Assembly: GCA_028713655.1 (NCBI GenBank)
Contig: JAQTNW010000006.1
Location: 37,544-101,543, forward strand
Direction of reading: 5' to 3'
Source of the DNA: Candidatus Methylacidiphilales bacterium
GTDB lineage: Bacteria > Verrucomicrobiota > Verrucomicrobiia > Methylacidiphilales > JAAUTS01
Length of the DNA stretch: 64,000 nt
Numbering within the stretch: position 1 is the first letter of the stretch; each line of letters begins with the position of its first letter. Positions 28,396-37,063 of this stretch are shown here, piece after piece. Both the position numbers and the translations under genes were made by a program. The notes beneath the pieces are model-generated. The model searched no databases. It saw nothing but the letters and a program-made list of their open reading frames with translations, and had not been told where the DNA came from.

Positions 28396-29450
28396 GAAAG
28401 TGATTTTTTCACGCGTTCGCGCAGATCGGCGGTGAGGCGGTTGACTTCATCAAAAGCCGCCAAATCAAATTTGGCCGGGGCCGACAGCAATTTGCCTTTT
28501 AATCGTTTGATTGCGTCCAGGGCCGGTTGGAGGCGGTCGGGCTCCATTTCGCAGAGCGTGTCCCAGGCGATCTCAACGCAAGCCGGATTATGGCAATAAA
28601 GCATCAGGTGTTCGCCGGCATCAATGGCCATTTTCGTGGCCTGCTTGCTGCCGTAGCGGTTGGCAATGGCCCCCATCTCAAGGTCGTCCGTCATGATGGC
28701 GCCTTTGTAACCCAGTTCCCTGACCAACAGACCGCTGACGATTTCGCGCGACATGGAGGCCGGGAACGGCTCCGGATGCCAGGCCGGGAAATGGCCATGC
28801 CCGATCATATAGCAATCCGCTAACGATAGAAAGGCGCGGAACGAACGCAGTTCGTCCTTTTCGATCTGCGCCCGGGTGCGGTCGATCCGCGGTAGTTCGC
28901 CGTGGGGATCGAGCCCGCAATGTGTGTAACCCGGAAAATGCTTGGCGGTGCCGAGTACGCCGCGGGATTTCATCCCTTCCAGAAACGCGCCGGCCTTGAG
29001 AATGACTTCCTCGGGCGTGGAACCGTAGCAGCGTCCGCGGAGGGAATTGTCGGCGTTTTCATCCAGGGAATAATCGACAACCGGGGCCAGGTTGAGATTG
29101 AAACCGAAGAGGGCCAGCAGCCGTCCGGTGAGTTCGCCGTGTTCGCGGCACCAATCCACGCGATTGGCCTGGCGCAGCATGAGGCCGCTCGGCGGTTCCT
29201 CCCCGACCATCTTCAGGCGGGAGACGCGCCCGCCTTCCTGGTCGATGGTGACGATCGGCGGCGACTGGCAAAGCTCGTTAAATTCATGGATCAGGTCGAA
29301 GACCTGCCGGGGGGATTCGAGGTTCCGCGCAAAAAGAATAAAGCCGCCCGGCTGTACCTTGCGAATAAGGCTGCGAAGCCCGTCGGTAAGCTGCGGGCCG
29401 GGTACGCCCATGATGATCGGCTGGCCGGAAGAGGAAGACGAATTTGCCAT
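28392..29450 (-). CDS. nagZ: beta-N-acetylhexosaminidase NagZ (GH3)
   Basis: IDQEGGRVSRL, KHFPGYTHCGLDPH and IMTDDLEMGAI are present. I use the ATG at 29450; the track start at 29462 is TTG. Confidence 0.85.
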   Translation of the reverse strand: MANSSSSSGQPIIMGVPGPQLTDGLRSLIRKVQPGGFILFARNLESPRQVFDLIHEFNELCQSPPIVTIDQEGGRVSRLKMVGEEPPSGLMLRQANRVDWCREHGELTGRLLALFGFNLNLAPVVDYSLDENADNSLRGRCYGSTPEEVILKAGAFLEGMKSRGVLGTAKHFPGYTHCGLDPHGELPRIDRTRAQIEKDELRSFRAFLSLADCYMIGHGHFPAWHPEPFPASMSREIVSGLLVRELGYKGAIMTDDLEMGAIANRYGSKQATKMAIDAGEHLMLYCHNPACVEIAWDTLCEMEPDRLQPALDAIKRLKGKLLSAPAKFDLAAFDEVNRLTADLRERVKKSLS

Positions 29451-29514
29451 GCAGATAATCAACAGATTTTTTTGGGCAAAACAATCACAACATCGGGATA
29501 AAAATCAGGCTTCC

Positions 29515-32499
29515 ATGGAATGGCTTGACTTCTGCGGTGACATTTCCACCATTGGACTGTCATTCACCCCGATGATTGCCGATCAAACCCGCCCGTTATT
29601 ACCGTCAGCGTTTTATAACCCGCTGAATCTACTGTGGATATCGGTATTTCCCCTGCTGCTTCTGCTGCTGATCGATTTGCAATCAATCTGGCTGGCCTAT
29701 GGGGAAATGCATCCAGAACAGCAAAGTTTCGCGAAATACGCCCTGTCGGCCAATGCCGGACTGCTCGCCTTTGTGGCGGCGCTGGCACTGGTACTGGGGT
29801 GGCGCAAAAAAAATCTGAACGGCGGATGGAGCCTGCTTATTTTTGTTTTGCATGCCGGGTTTATCTGGCTGCAGTTGTGTCTGTTGGCGAAGGCATTGCC
29901 TTTTTCCGTGCCAAACTGGATTTTGGACCGTGACACGCTGATTCTGGCGCAACTGGCCTGTGTGATGGGCGGCTGCTTTTATTCACTGCTGGGCATTGCC
30001 TGTTGTCCTTTGCGCATATCCCGAATGCGCGACTTTTTGTACAGCGGAGGCATGCTGCTGGGAGTGCCGTTGCTTTGGTATCTGATGATCCAGGTCATGT
30101 TCCATATTCATGGCTTTGATCCCAATGTTTATTTGATGGTGACTTTTCTCATCCTCAGCACCGCGGTCATGTGCATCGGGTTGCTGCGCCTGCTGGTTTA
30201 TCTTCATGCCTGGCTGAGGCAATATGAGGCGGTGTTGGTGTTGTTGAGCGCCTTGATCATGCCTCTGGGCGGACTGTGCCTCAATCGCGCCATGCCGTTC
30301 CCGGTGAGTTTTCAGGTCACGGGCGTTTACGTATTGACGGTTGTGAATGCGGGCGTTCTATTGTTAGGTTGCCTGCCCCGCCTGCGCTCCAATCCCTGGC
30401 TCTGGCTGCTCCAGGCGGTGACATTTCCGTTTACGGTGTATTTTTTTGTGGTCTTTCTGCCTTTCCTGCCGCTGTTTCTCCCGGCCATGCTTGCTTGTGG
30501 CGCGGGATTTTTGATTCTGACACCAACGGTTTTGTTCATGGTTCACGGCCAGCGGTTGATTGGGGGGTTCCACGGCGCCCGCAAACAATGGGGACCGGTC
30601 GCTGCAGCCTGCGGACTATTGGCGGCCCTGTTCCTGATGCCCGGTTGGTTTGTGACACAGGCCATGCTGGACAGGGCATCGCTCCGCCAGGGGCTGGATT
30701 ATGTGTACAGCCCGCAACTCCAGCCGCGTCAGGCCTTTTCAGGCAATCCCAAGCGCGTTTGCCATACCTTGGAAAATTTGCAGACGTTCAAGCAAAGTTT
30801 TTATCTGCCGATATTATCCAACCTCTACAATTGGGCCGTATTCGACAACCTGAGCCTGCCTGATGCCAGGATCGACGAGGTTTATGAAACCTTTTCCGGA
30901 ACCAAAGCGCCACCCCCGGCCGTGGATCGGGCCAATGGCCTCGCAACAGGCTTTTTCGAAACCAACCGCCAGGCAAACCGCGGCATGGGACGCCGTCCCC
31001 TAAAACTTCCATGGGATCAGGTCTCGGTAACATCGCATGCCACCACCGAAACCGCTGACGGCGATTGCGTGCGCGCAGACGCGGTGATCTGCATGAAAAA
31101 CAGCGCCACGGTTGCCAACGAATTTATCGGTACATTTGAAATTCCGGATGATGTGCTGGTTTCCGGGTATTGGCTCCACATCGGGAACGAACGGGCGCCG
31201 GGCAGGCTGTTTGAAAAAAAGACCGCCCTCTGGGTTTACGAACAAATCCGGGAGACGAGGCGCGACCCGGGAATATTGCGCTATATCGGTCCGAACACGG
31301 TGGAGATGCGCGTGTATCCGATTGCGCAAAACGAAACCAGGACGGCGGAAATCCAATTCCTATATCCCCGGACATCGCATCCGCAAATCCTGCTAAACAA
31401 GGAACCCCTGTTGCAGGCGGCGCAGGAAAAACCCGCCGCAGTGTCCGAGGCGGTTTTGCCGCCCGGGAAAAGTGTATTGCTGGTGAACGGCGCTGCGGAG
31501 GGGCTTCCAAGAACAGGGCAAAAAGCGTATTTGCATTTTATCGTTGACCGGTCTGTCAGATCGAAAGAGCAAACCCCATCGGAACTGGTTGCGCGCTTGA
31601 AGAAGCTGGCGGCTTCGCCCGAATTCGCGGGCATTACGCAATACAAGGTGTCCGTGGCCAATTATGAGTGCCTGCTTTTGACCCCAAAACCGGTTTCCTG
31701 GGCCGGCGTCGAGCAGGCAATTTCCGCGGGCGCTTTGTCAGCAGTGCCGGCACGGGGAGGCTTCGCCGCGGTAAAGTCATTGAAGGAGGAAATTCTGGAG
31801 TATGAGTCCGGCATGGATTGCGCGAAACCGGAAACATTTTCCAGCTATCCGGTCTTTGCAATGGTTGATGACGGCGTTGACATGCCGCATGCGGATGAAG
31901 CGCTGCCGTTTTTGTTGAGGGCGGGGACTTATCCTGTGTACCGCTCATCTCCGGACGGCAAGCTGCAGGCATTGTGGAGCGGCAACAACGAAAAACAATC
32001 CGCGCGCAAGGCAGTGGTATTGGCTGCGGGCAGGAATGTGCGCGTGTTCCCGGATATTTCCCCGGTCCATGTCTGGCTGGAGTTTGTGCCGGACACTTCT
32101 CCGATCCGGGTGTTTGATCCGGGTTCCGGGACGTTTCCCGTGGAAGTTCAAACAGCCCATGTGGGGAACCCGGCATACCAGGCGGGCTTGGAAGCCCTGG
32201 CGTTGCAGCGGGACATGGACCGCAATCCATCCAAGACTCCGAAGCTTCTGCCGCTGATCACGCGGCAAAGCAGGGATTCGGGCATTCTGGCGCCGTCAAC
32301 CAGCTATATTGTGGTGGAAAACAGCGCCCAATGGAAAATCCTCCAATTGAAGGAACGCCAAAAGCTTGGGGCGCACGAGGCCTTGGAATTGGAAGACACG
32401 CCGGAACCTGCGACGTGGATGCTGTTGGCCGTATTTCTCCCATTCCTGTTCTTGTGGCGCCGGTGGCAGGCCAAAAGAATGGTGGCTTCTGAGCTGTGA
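29515..32499 (+). CDS. polytopic membrane protein with VIT-like and degenerate vWA-like domains and a PEP-CTERM-like C-terminal anchor
   Basis: About 12 predicted TM segments fill the first about 400 aa. A VIT-like block follows (EFIGTFEIPDDVLVSGYWLHIG...VEMRVYPIAQNETRTAEIQFLYP), then a degenerate MIDAS (YLHFIVDRSVRS). The C-terminus is TSYIVVENS...EDTPEPATWMLLAVFLPFLFLWRRWQAKR. The start is uncertain (ATG at 29449, 29515 or 29572); the track start at 29092 overlaps nagZ. Confidence 0.7.
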   Translation: MEWLDFCGDISTIGLSFTPMIADQTRPLLPSAFYNPLNLLWISVFPLLLLLLIDLQSIWLAYGEMHPEQQSFAKYALSANAGLLAFVAALALVLGWRKKNLNGGWSLLIFVLHAGFIWLQLCLLAKALPFSVPNWILDRDTLILAQLACVMGGCFYSLLGIACCPLRISRMRDFLYSGGMLLGVPLLWYLMIQVMFHIHGFDPNVYLMVTFLILSTAVMCIGLLRLLVYLHAWLRQYEAVLVLLSALIMPLGGLCLNRAMPFPVSFQVTGVYVLTVVNAGVLLLGCLPRLRSNPWLWLLQAVTFPFTVYFFVVFLPFLPLFLPAMLACGAGFLILTPTVLFMVHGQRLIGGFHGARKQWGPVAAACGLLAALFLMPGWFVTQAMLDRASLRQGLDYVYSPQLQPRQAFSGNPKRVCHTLENLQTFKQSFYLPILSNLYNWAVFDNLSLPDARIDEVYETFSGTKAPPPAVDRANGLATGFFETNRQANRGMGRRPLKLPWDQVSVTSHATTETADGDCVRADAVICMKNSATVANEFIGTFEIPDDVLVSGYWLHIGNERAPGRLFEKKTALWVYEQIRETRRDPGILRYIGPNTVEMRVYPIAQNETRTAEIQFLYPRTSHPQILLNKEPLLQAAQEKPAAVSEAVLPPGKSVLLVNGAAEGLPRTGQKAYLHFIVDRSVRSKEQTPSELVARLKKLAASPEFAGITQYKVSVANYECLLLTPKPVSWAGVEQAISAGALSAVPARGGFAAVKSLKEEILEYESGMDCAKPETFSSYPVFAMVDDGVDMPHADEALPFLLRAGTYPVYRSSPDGKLQALWSGNNEKQSARKAVVLAAGRNVRVFPDISPVHVWLEFVPDTSPIRVFDPGSGTFPVEVQTAHVGNPAYQAGLEALALQRDMDRNPSKTPKLLPLITRQSRDSGILAPSTSYIVVENSAQWKILQLKERQKLGAHEALELEDTPEPATWMLLAVFLPFLFLWRRWQAKRMVASEL

Positions 32500-32550
32500 G
32501 TGAAAAGTTTTAATGTTGCAAGAAGCGCACAAATATGTTCTTTTTGTGTC

Positions 32551-32805
32551 ATGCCGCAAACAGCCATCCTTCGCACCCGGATTGACCCGCGCCGTAAGGC
32601 CCGTGTGGAAAAAATCCTCTGCCGCCTCGGCATGACACCCACCCAAGCTGTGAACATGCTTTTCGCGCAAATCGAAAACCACAAGCGCTTTCCCTTTTCC
32701 GTGAGCATTAAAGATAACAGCGACATCCTGCCGCCCATAGCGCAGATCGCAGCCACATGGGACAGTCTCGATCAGGAAAACTATTCCCACCTGGACAAAC
32801 GGTGA
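32551..32805 (+). CDS. RelB/DinJ-family antitoxin
   Basis: MPQTAILRTRIDPRRKARVEKILCRLGMTPTQAVNMLFAQIENHKRFPF matches the DinJ ribbon-helix-helix pattern. Confidence 0.75.
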   Translation: MPQTAILRTRIDPRRKARVEKILCRLGMTPTQAVNMLFAQIENHKRFPFSVSIKDNSDILPPIAQIAATWDSLDQENYSHLDKR

Positions 32806-33119
32806 ATGCGAAGCCCGGCGAAATCCATCTGGTAGATCTCGGCATGATCGGCAAAGTACGGCCAGCCGTGGTGGTTTCGCGGTATGACGACAATGCCCCG
32901 CGAGCCATATCCATCTGTGTGCCGCTTACGTCCCAATATCGCGGATCGGCCTATGAAGTCATGCTGGGTAAATTGCGCTTTCTCGACAAGGAATCCTGGG
33001 CCAACGTTCAGGGCATTGCCGGCTTGGGAAATGACAAACTCCTGCGCCGGCTGGGCCAGGTGACACCGGAACAACTCAGCCGGATCAAGGTTGCCCTGCG
33101 TTACACGTTCGAACTGTAA
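32802..33119 (+). CDS. MazF/PemK-family toxin (mRNA interferase)
   Basis: The GTG start overlaps the antitoxin stop (GTGA). KPGEIHLVDLGMIGKVRPAVVVS...ISICVPLTSQ...ANVQGIAGLGNDKLLRRLGQV matches the PemK pattern. Confidence 0.7.
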   Translation: MNAKPGEIHLVDLGMIGKVRPAVVVSRYDDNAPRAISICVPLTSQYRGSAYEVMLGKLRFLDKESWANVQGIAGLGNDKLLRRLGQVTPEQLSRIKVALRYTFEL

Positions 33120-33245
33120 AGCTTTGGATTCCTGGCGGGTTTTGAGCCCTTGTCGCGAAACGCGCTGAAAGCCAAACAACCCCTGATCCCATCGATTCGC
33201 GGCTTTACATCGAATCCCCGCTTCGGTTGTAATGAATGCAGCACT

Positions 33246-33605
33246 ATGTTTCAGATTATTTTCACGCCGGTCAGTACGGCCGAGATGTCCGCGCTGCCCA
33301 AGCTCCTGCAACTGGAAATCCTGAGCGAGTTCCAGGTGTTGACGCCGGATTTTGTAAAAGAAAATCCCGAAAAATTCGGCGTCATCAAGCAGGAAGGCCG
33401 CGAGCTGTACCGCTATCGCACCCGCGAATACCGCCTCTATTTTGAGAAAAAAGACGAAGGCCTCCTGATTCACCGCGTCTTGAACAAAAATTCGTTGAAG
33501 GACTTTTTCTACCGCTCGCAATTGCCCGTGTCAGAGGACGAGGAACTGCAATCCAACCCGGCGTTTTGGGCCATGATCGATTCGCCGAATCAAAAGCCGC
33601 ATTAG
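33246..33605 (+). CDS. RelE/ParE-fold protein with an about 30-aa C-terminal extension, no adjacent antitoxin
   Basis: MFQIIFTPVSTAEMSALPKLLQLEILSEF...RELYRYRTREYRLYFEKKDEGLLIHRVLNK follows the RelE/ParE pattern (xYRLRVGDYRIIYxIxDxxLxIxxVxHR). Confidence 0.55.
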   Translation: MFQIIFTPVSTAEMSALPKLLQLEILSEFQVLTPDFVKENPEKFGVIKQEGRELYRYRTREYRLYFEKKDEGLLIHRVLNKNSLKDFFYRSQLPVSEDEELQSNPAFWAMIDSPNQKPH

Positions 33606-34523
33606 ATGCCGGCCTGGATCGAATGGGCCAGGGGTGTTGCCGCTCACCCGTTTTTCAAGAAACATTCCACCGCCTTGATTTGGGCGGCATCGGTTGCCTT
33701 CCACTTGATTTTGTTGGCGATGCTCAGCAGGTTGGTGGTGCATTCCGGCGCGAGGCTCGGAGGCATCCAGGGCTTTCAATTGGCCAATGTGGATCCGAAA
33801 TTTCTTGAGGGCCACTTCGCCAAAATCGAAAGCAAAGGCGAAAAACTTTACCTGGTGCCGACTGAAATTCTGGCCGCTGCACCTTCGGTACCGCCTGCTG
33901 CGCCCGACCCCCCGATCCCGGCATCCCAGCCTTTTGACGAAGAAAGCCCGGCCGCCATCGAGAAAATTTTGGCGCGGGGAGCCGGAAAAAAACTGAATTT
34001 TTTCGGCCTTCATCCCGCCGGACAGACGGTGATCTTTGTGATTGATGTCTCCGGCAGCATGTATGAAAAAACGGGGCCGGTGACGCGGTTGAAACGGACC
34101 TTTGACGAGATCAAGCAATCGGTGGCGACGCTCGCGCCGGAGCAGCGCTTTGACATTGTACTGTTCGCCAGCCGGGTTGCCTCTATGTCTGAAAAACCGC
34201 TGCCGGCCACGCAGGAAAACAAAATCCGGGCCATCCGATTTTTGAACAGCGACGTCGATGTGGGCGGGACGACGGACCTCGGGGCCGGGTTGTCAACCGC
34301 GCTTGGCATGTCGCCCGACATTGTTTTATTGCTGACCGACGGCGAGGCCAACACGGGCAGCACCACCATCCTGGCCGAGACACGGTATCTGCGCCGGAAA
34401 TTTTGCCCCAATGTGGAGATAGATGCGGTGGGATTTTATCTCGAGACCGGCAGTGTGCCGGAAAAGCTTTTGCTATCCCTAACGAACGAGACGAAAGGGG
34501 CCTACACCAGGTATCTGCCTTGA
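33606..34523 (+). CDS. single-pass membrane vWA-domain protein
   Basis: The ATG immediately follows the TAG of the upstream gene. TM segment ALIWAASVAFHLILLAMLSRLVV. MIDAS VIFVIDVSGSM...GGTTDL...LLLTDGEAN. Confidence 0.75.
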   Translation: MPAWIEWARGVAAHPFFKKHSTALIWAASVAFHLILLAMLSRLVVHSGARLGGIQGFQLANVDPKFLEGHFAKIESKGEKLYLVPTEILAAAPSVPPAAPDPPIPASQPFDEESPAAIEKILARGAGKKLNFFGLHPAGQTVIFVIDVSGSMYEKTGPVTRLKRTFDEIKQSVATLAPEQRFDIVLFASRVASMSEKPLPATQENKIRAIRFLNSDVDVGGTTDLGAGLSTALGMSPDIVLLLTDGEANTGSTTILAETRYLRRKFCPNVEIDAVGFYLETGSVPEKLLLSLTNETKGAYTRYLP

Positions 34524-34694
34524 AATGGCGACGACACGGCATTGCCCCAAATTCTGTGCATCCAGTTAAAAAATATTTTTCCCTTTCTCCCCGCTCTTCG
34601 CGATCTCTTTGTAAAGAATGCCTTTGTTTTATTTTTTGCGGACAACCTTCAATGTTTTTGTGGCGCCTTCGCGCGTTCGTGGTTACATAGCCCT

Positions 34695-36071
34695 ATGTTG
34701 CCTGAGTTAATAACGGAAATACCCGGGCCGGAATCCCGGCGGCTGGCCGTCCGCCTCCGTGCGCACGAGTCGCGCAATGTGACGTACGTTTCCAAGGCAT
34801 TCCCGATATTTTGGGAATCTGCCGAGGGCTCAAACGTCCGGGACGTGGACGGGAACCGCTACCTGGATTTTACAAGCGGGTTTGGCGTGGCGACCGCGGG
34901 TTTTGGCAACCCGAAGCTGAAAGAGGTTTTCCTGGATCAATCCAACCGGCTCTATCATGGAATGGGGGATGTGCATCCGACCGAATTAAAGGTACGGCTT
35001 TGCGAATTGCTGAGCTGGGCAACCTTTGAGCGCTGGGGCGCCGGCCCGGGCAAGGTTTTGTTAGGCAGCGCCGGGTTTGAAGCGGTGGAGGCGGCATTGA
35101 AGACCGCATTCCTCGCCACCCGGAAACGCGGCGTGATTTGTTTTGACGGGGCTTACCACGGTCTGGGTTATGGGGCCATGACCGTCACCGGCAGGGAGGA
35201 ATTCCGTTCCCCGTTCCGTTCCCAGCTTTCGGACTTTGCTGTGCTTCTGCCGTATCCCGATTGCGCGCATTGCCCCTGGGACAAAGGCCCTGGAACCGCA
35301 ACCCAGGCCGATGAGTCGTCACATTGCGACCCGGGTTGTTTGGTTCTTTTGGAAAAACAAATCCGGGAAGCGGTGTCGGCGCGGGAGATAGGAGCGATTC
35401 TCGTGGAACCGGCACAGGGACGGGGCGGGGAAATTTTTCCGCCGAAAACTTTTCTGCCGCTCTTGAGGCGCTTGGCGGATGAACTCGGTTTGGTTTTGAT
35501 ATTTGACGAAATCTATACGGGCTTTTACCGGACAGGCCCGCTTTTCGCCTGTGAATCCACCCGCACGGTCCCGGACCTGATTTGCCTGGGCAAGGCGCTG
35601 AGCGGCGCCTACCCGATATCCGCCTGTGTGGGGCGCGCGGATTTGATGGATGCCTGGCCGGAATCCCCTGGCGAGGCGTTGCATACGAGCACATTCCTAG
35701 GCAACCCCGTGGGCTGCGCCCTGGCTGTTGCGAGTGTGGAACGCTGGCTGGCAGAACCTCCGGATCTTCAAATTCAAGGCATCGCCGATTCCATGCGCCG
35801 GATGTTGGTGTCGTTGCAGGATGATTTTGAAATTTTCAAGCACGCGCGTGGATCGGGTTTGATGTGGGGCGTGGAACTGGTGGACAAAAAAGGAGTGCCG
35901 GACCCTGCCTTGACGGCGCGTTTGATTGAGCAAGGCCTGGCGCAGGGCGCAATCCTGTTGGGCGGAGGAAAACGGAACAATGTGTTGAGCCTTGCCCCAA
36001 ACCTGGCGGTGCAGCCTGCTGAAATCGAGTGGCTGGGGAAGATGTTAAAGGCTATCTGCTCGGGTTTGTAA
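34695..36071 (+). CDS. class III (omega) aminotransferase
   Basis: FTSGFGVATAGFGNP, ILVEPAQGRGG, IFDEIYTGFYRTG and LGKALSGAYP (PLP lysine) are present. Confidence 0.8.
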   Translation: MLPELITEIPGPESRRLAVRLRAHESRNVTYVSKAFPIFWESAEGSNVRDVDGNRYLDFTSGFGVATAGFGNPKLKEVFLDQSNRLYHGMGDVHPTELKVRLCELLSWATFERWGAGPGKVLLGSAGFEAVEAALKTAFLATRKRGVICFDGAYHGLGYGAMTVTGREEFRSPFRSQLSDFAVLLPYPDCAHCPWDKGPGTATQADESSHCDPGCLVLLEKQIREAVSAREIGAILVEPAQGRGGEIFPPKTFLPLLRRLADELGLVLIFDEIYTGFYRTGPLFACESTRTVPDLICLGKALSGAYPISACVGRADLMDAWPESPGEALHTSTFLGNPVGCALAVASVERWLAEPPDLQIQGIADSMRRMLVSLQDDFEIFKHARGSGLMWGVELVDKKGVPDPALTARLIEQGLAQGAILLGGGKRNNVLSLAPNLAVQPAEIEWLGKMLKAICSGL

Positions 36072-36077
36072 ACAAGC

Positions 36078-36398
36078 TTACGAGTAGGTCACATCTTTGC
36101 CAGGTTCCATCTCGTAGTCGAGAACCGTGATGGCATCCACATGATGATCCAGAATCTTGTGCTTGAATTGAACGTAAATGGCGCTCTCTTGGACAATTTT
36201 CAGCTTGTTCAGGTTTTCGCAATCCATGGAAAAGAAAATGTCGTGCGGGTTGCCTTTGGTGTCGATTTTTTTTCCAACCCTCAAATTAATTACTTCAGGT
36301 ATCTTAAGCAATCGAATCCGGGTCTCTACCATGAGGGTTTCGACCTGTTCCGCGCTGACCCCGTGCTTCAATTTTAAAAGGCAAATGTGATGGACCAT
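36078..36398 (-). CDS. Dabb (stress-responsive alpha/beta barrel) family protein
   Basis: MVHHICLLKLKHGVSAEQVETLMVE...LDYEMEP is about 106 aa, the typical size and pattern. Confidence 0.6.
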   Translation of the reverse strand: MVHHICLLKLKHGVSAEQVETLMVETRIRLLKIPEVINLRVGKKIDTKGNPHDIFFSMDCENLNKLKIVQESAIYVQFKHKILDHHVDAITVLDYEMEPGKDVTYS

Positions 36399-36648
36399 AT
36401 TTCCCTGTTCTTGGGTTCCAATAACAGAGATGCGCGGGCGCAGTGTCAAGCATGGGTTCGTTGCACACTTGCAAACATCGGTGTTCAAGAAAGCGGGTGG
36501 CTCGAAAAAAATGAATTTCGAGATCGAATGGTCTCGACATTATGCGCTGTTGGGTTTGAATCGGGGCATGTTATCGGACGTGTTCAAGCGGGTTGGTGAA
36601 GCAACCGGCACTGAAGAAAGAGTGACTCAACTCAAACCTTTGGAATAT

Positions 36649-37059
36649 ATGGAGCAGAATCGCAGTACAAAATCTTCCGGCAATGCCATCATATCCGAGG
36701 ACGTGGAATTCAAGGGCACATTGTGTTCCTCCAGCCGCCTCGAAATTCACGGACGTTTCGAAGGTGAAATTTTCGCCGACGGCCCGTTGGTGATCGGGGA
36801 AAGCGCCGTTGTCAAAGCCGATATTGAATCCGAATCCAGCGTTACAGTGCGCGGCAAAGTCCAGGGCAACATCAATGCCAAGGAAAAAGTCGAAGTGTCC
36901 GGCAATGCGCAGCTCTACGGGGATGTCAGTGCGCCGCGCTTTGGCCTGGCTGAAACCGCCACGTTCGTCGGCAAGACCGATACCTTGGGTGGCAAACCTC
37001 CGGCAAACGATTTTTCCAATATTTTCACACGCCTGGACAAAAGCAAGTCGGCCAAATAA
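36649..37059 (+). CDS. bactofilin family protein
   Basis: A repetitive beta-helix pattern is present (EFKGTLCSSSRLEIHGRFEGEIFADGPLVIGESAVVKADIESESSVTVRGKVQGNINAKEKVEVSGNAQLYGDV). An alternative start lies at 36568. Confidence 0.75.
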   Translation: MEQNRSTKSSGNAIISEDVEFKGTLCSSSRLEIHGRFEGEIFADGPLVIGESAVVKADIESESSVTVRGKVQGNINAKEKVEVSGNAQLYGDVSAPRFGLAETATFVGKTDTLGGKPPANDFSNIFTRLDKSKSAK

Positions 37060-37063
37060 CCCG

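Noticed and set aside
29092-29514. The track start (29092) and the ATG at 29449 for the large VIT/PEP-CTERM protein.
   Set aside because: The first 120 codons overlap nagZ on the opposite strand. The ATG at 29449 shares a CATG with the nagZ start codon, leaving no promoter space. The later in-frame ATGs (29515, 29572) are more plausible, but I cannot decide between them.
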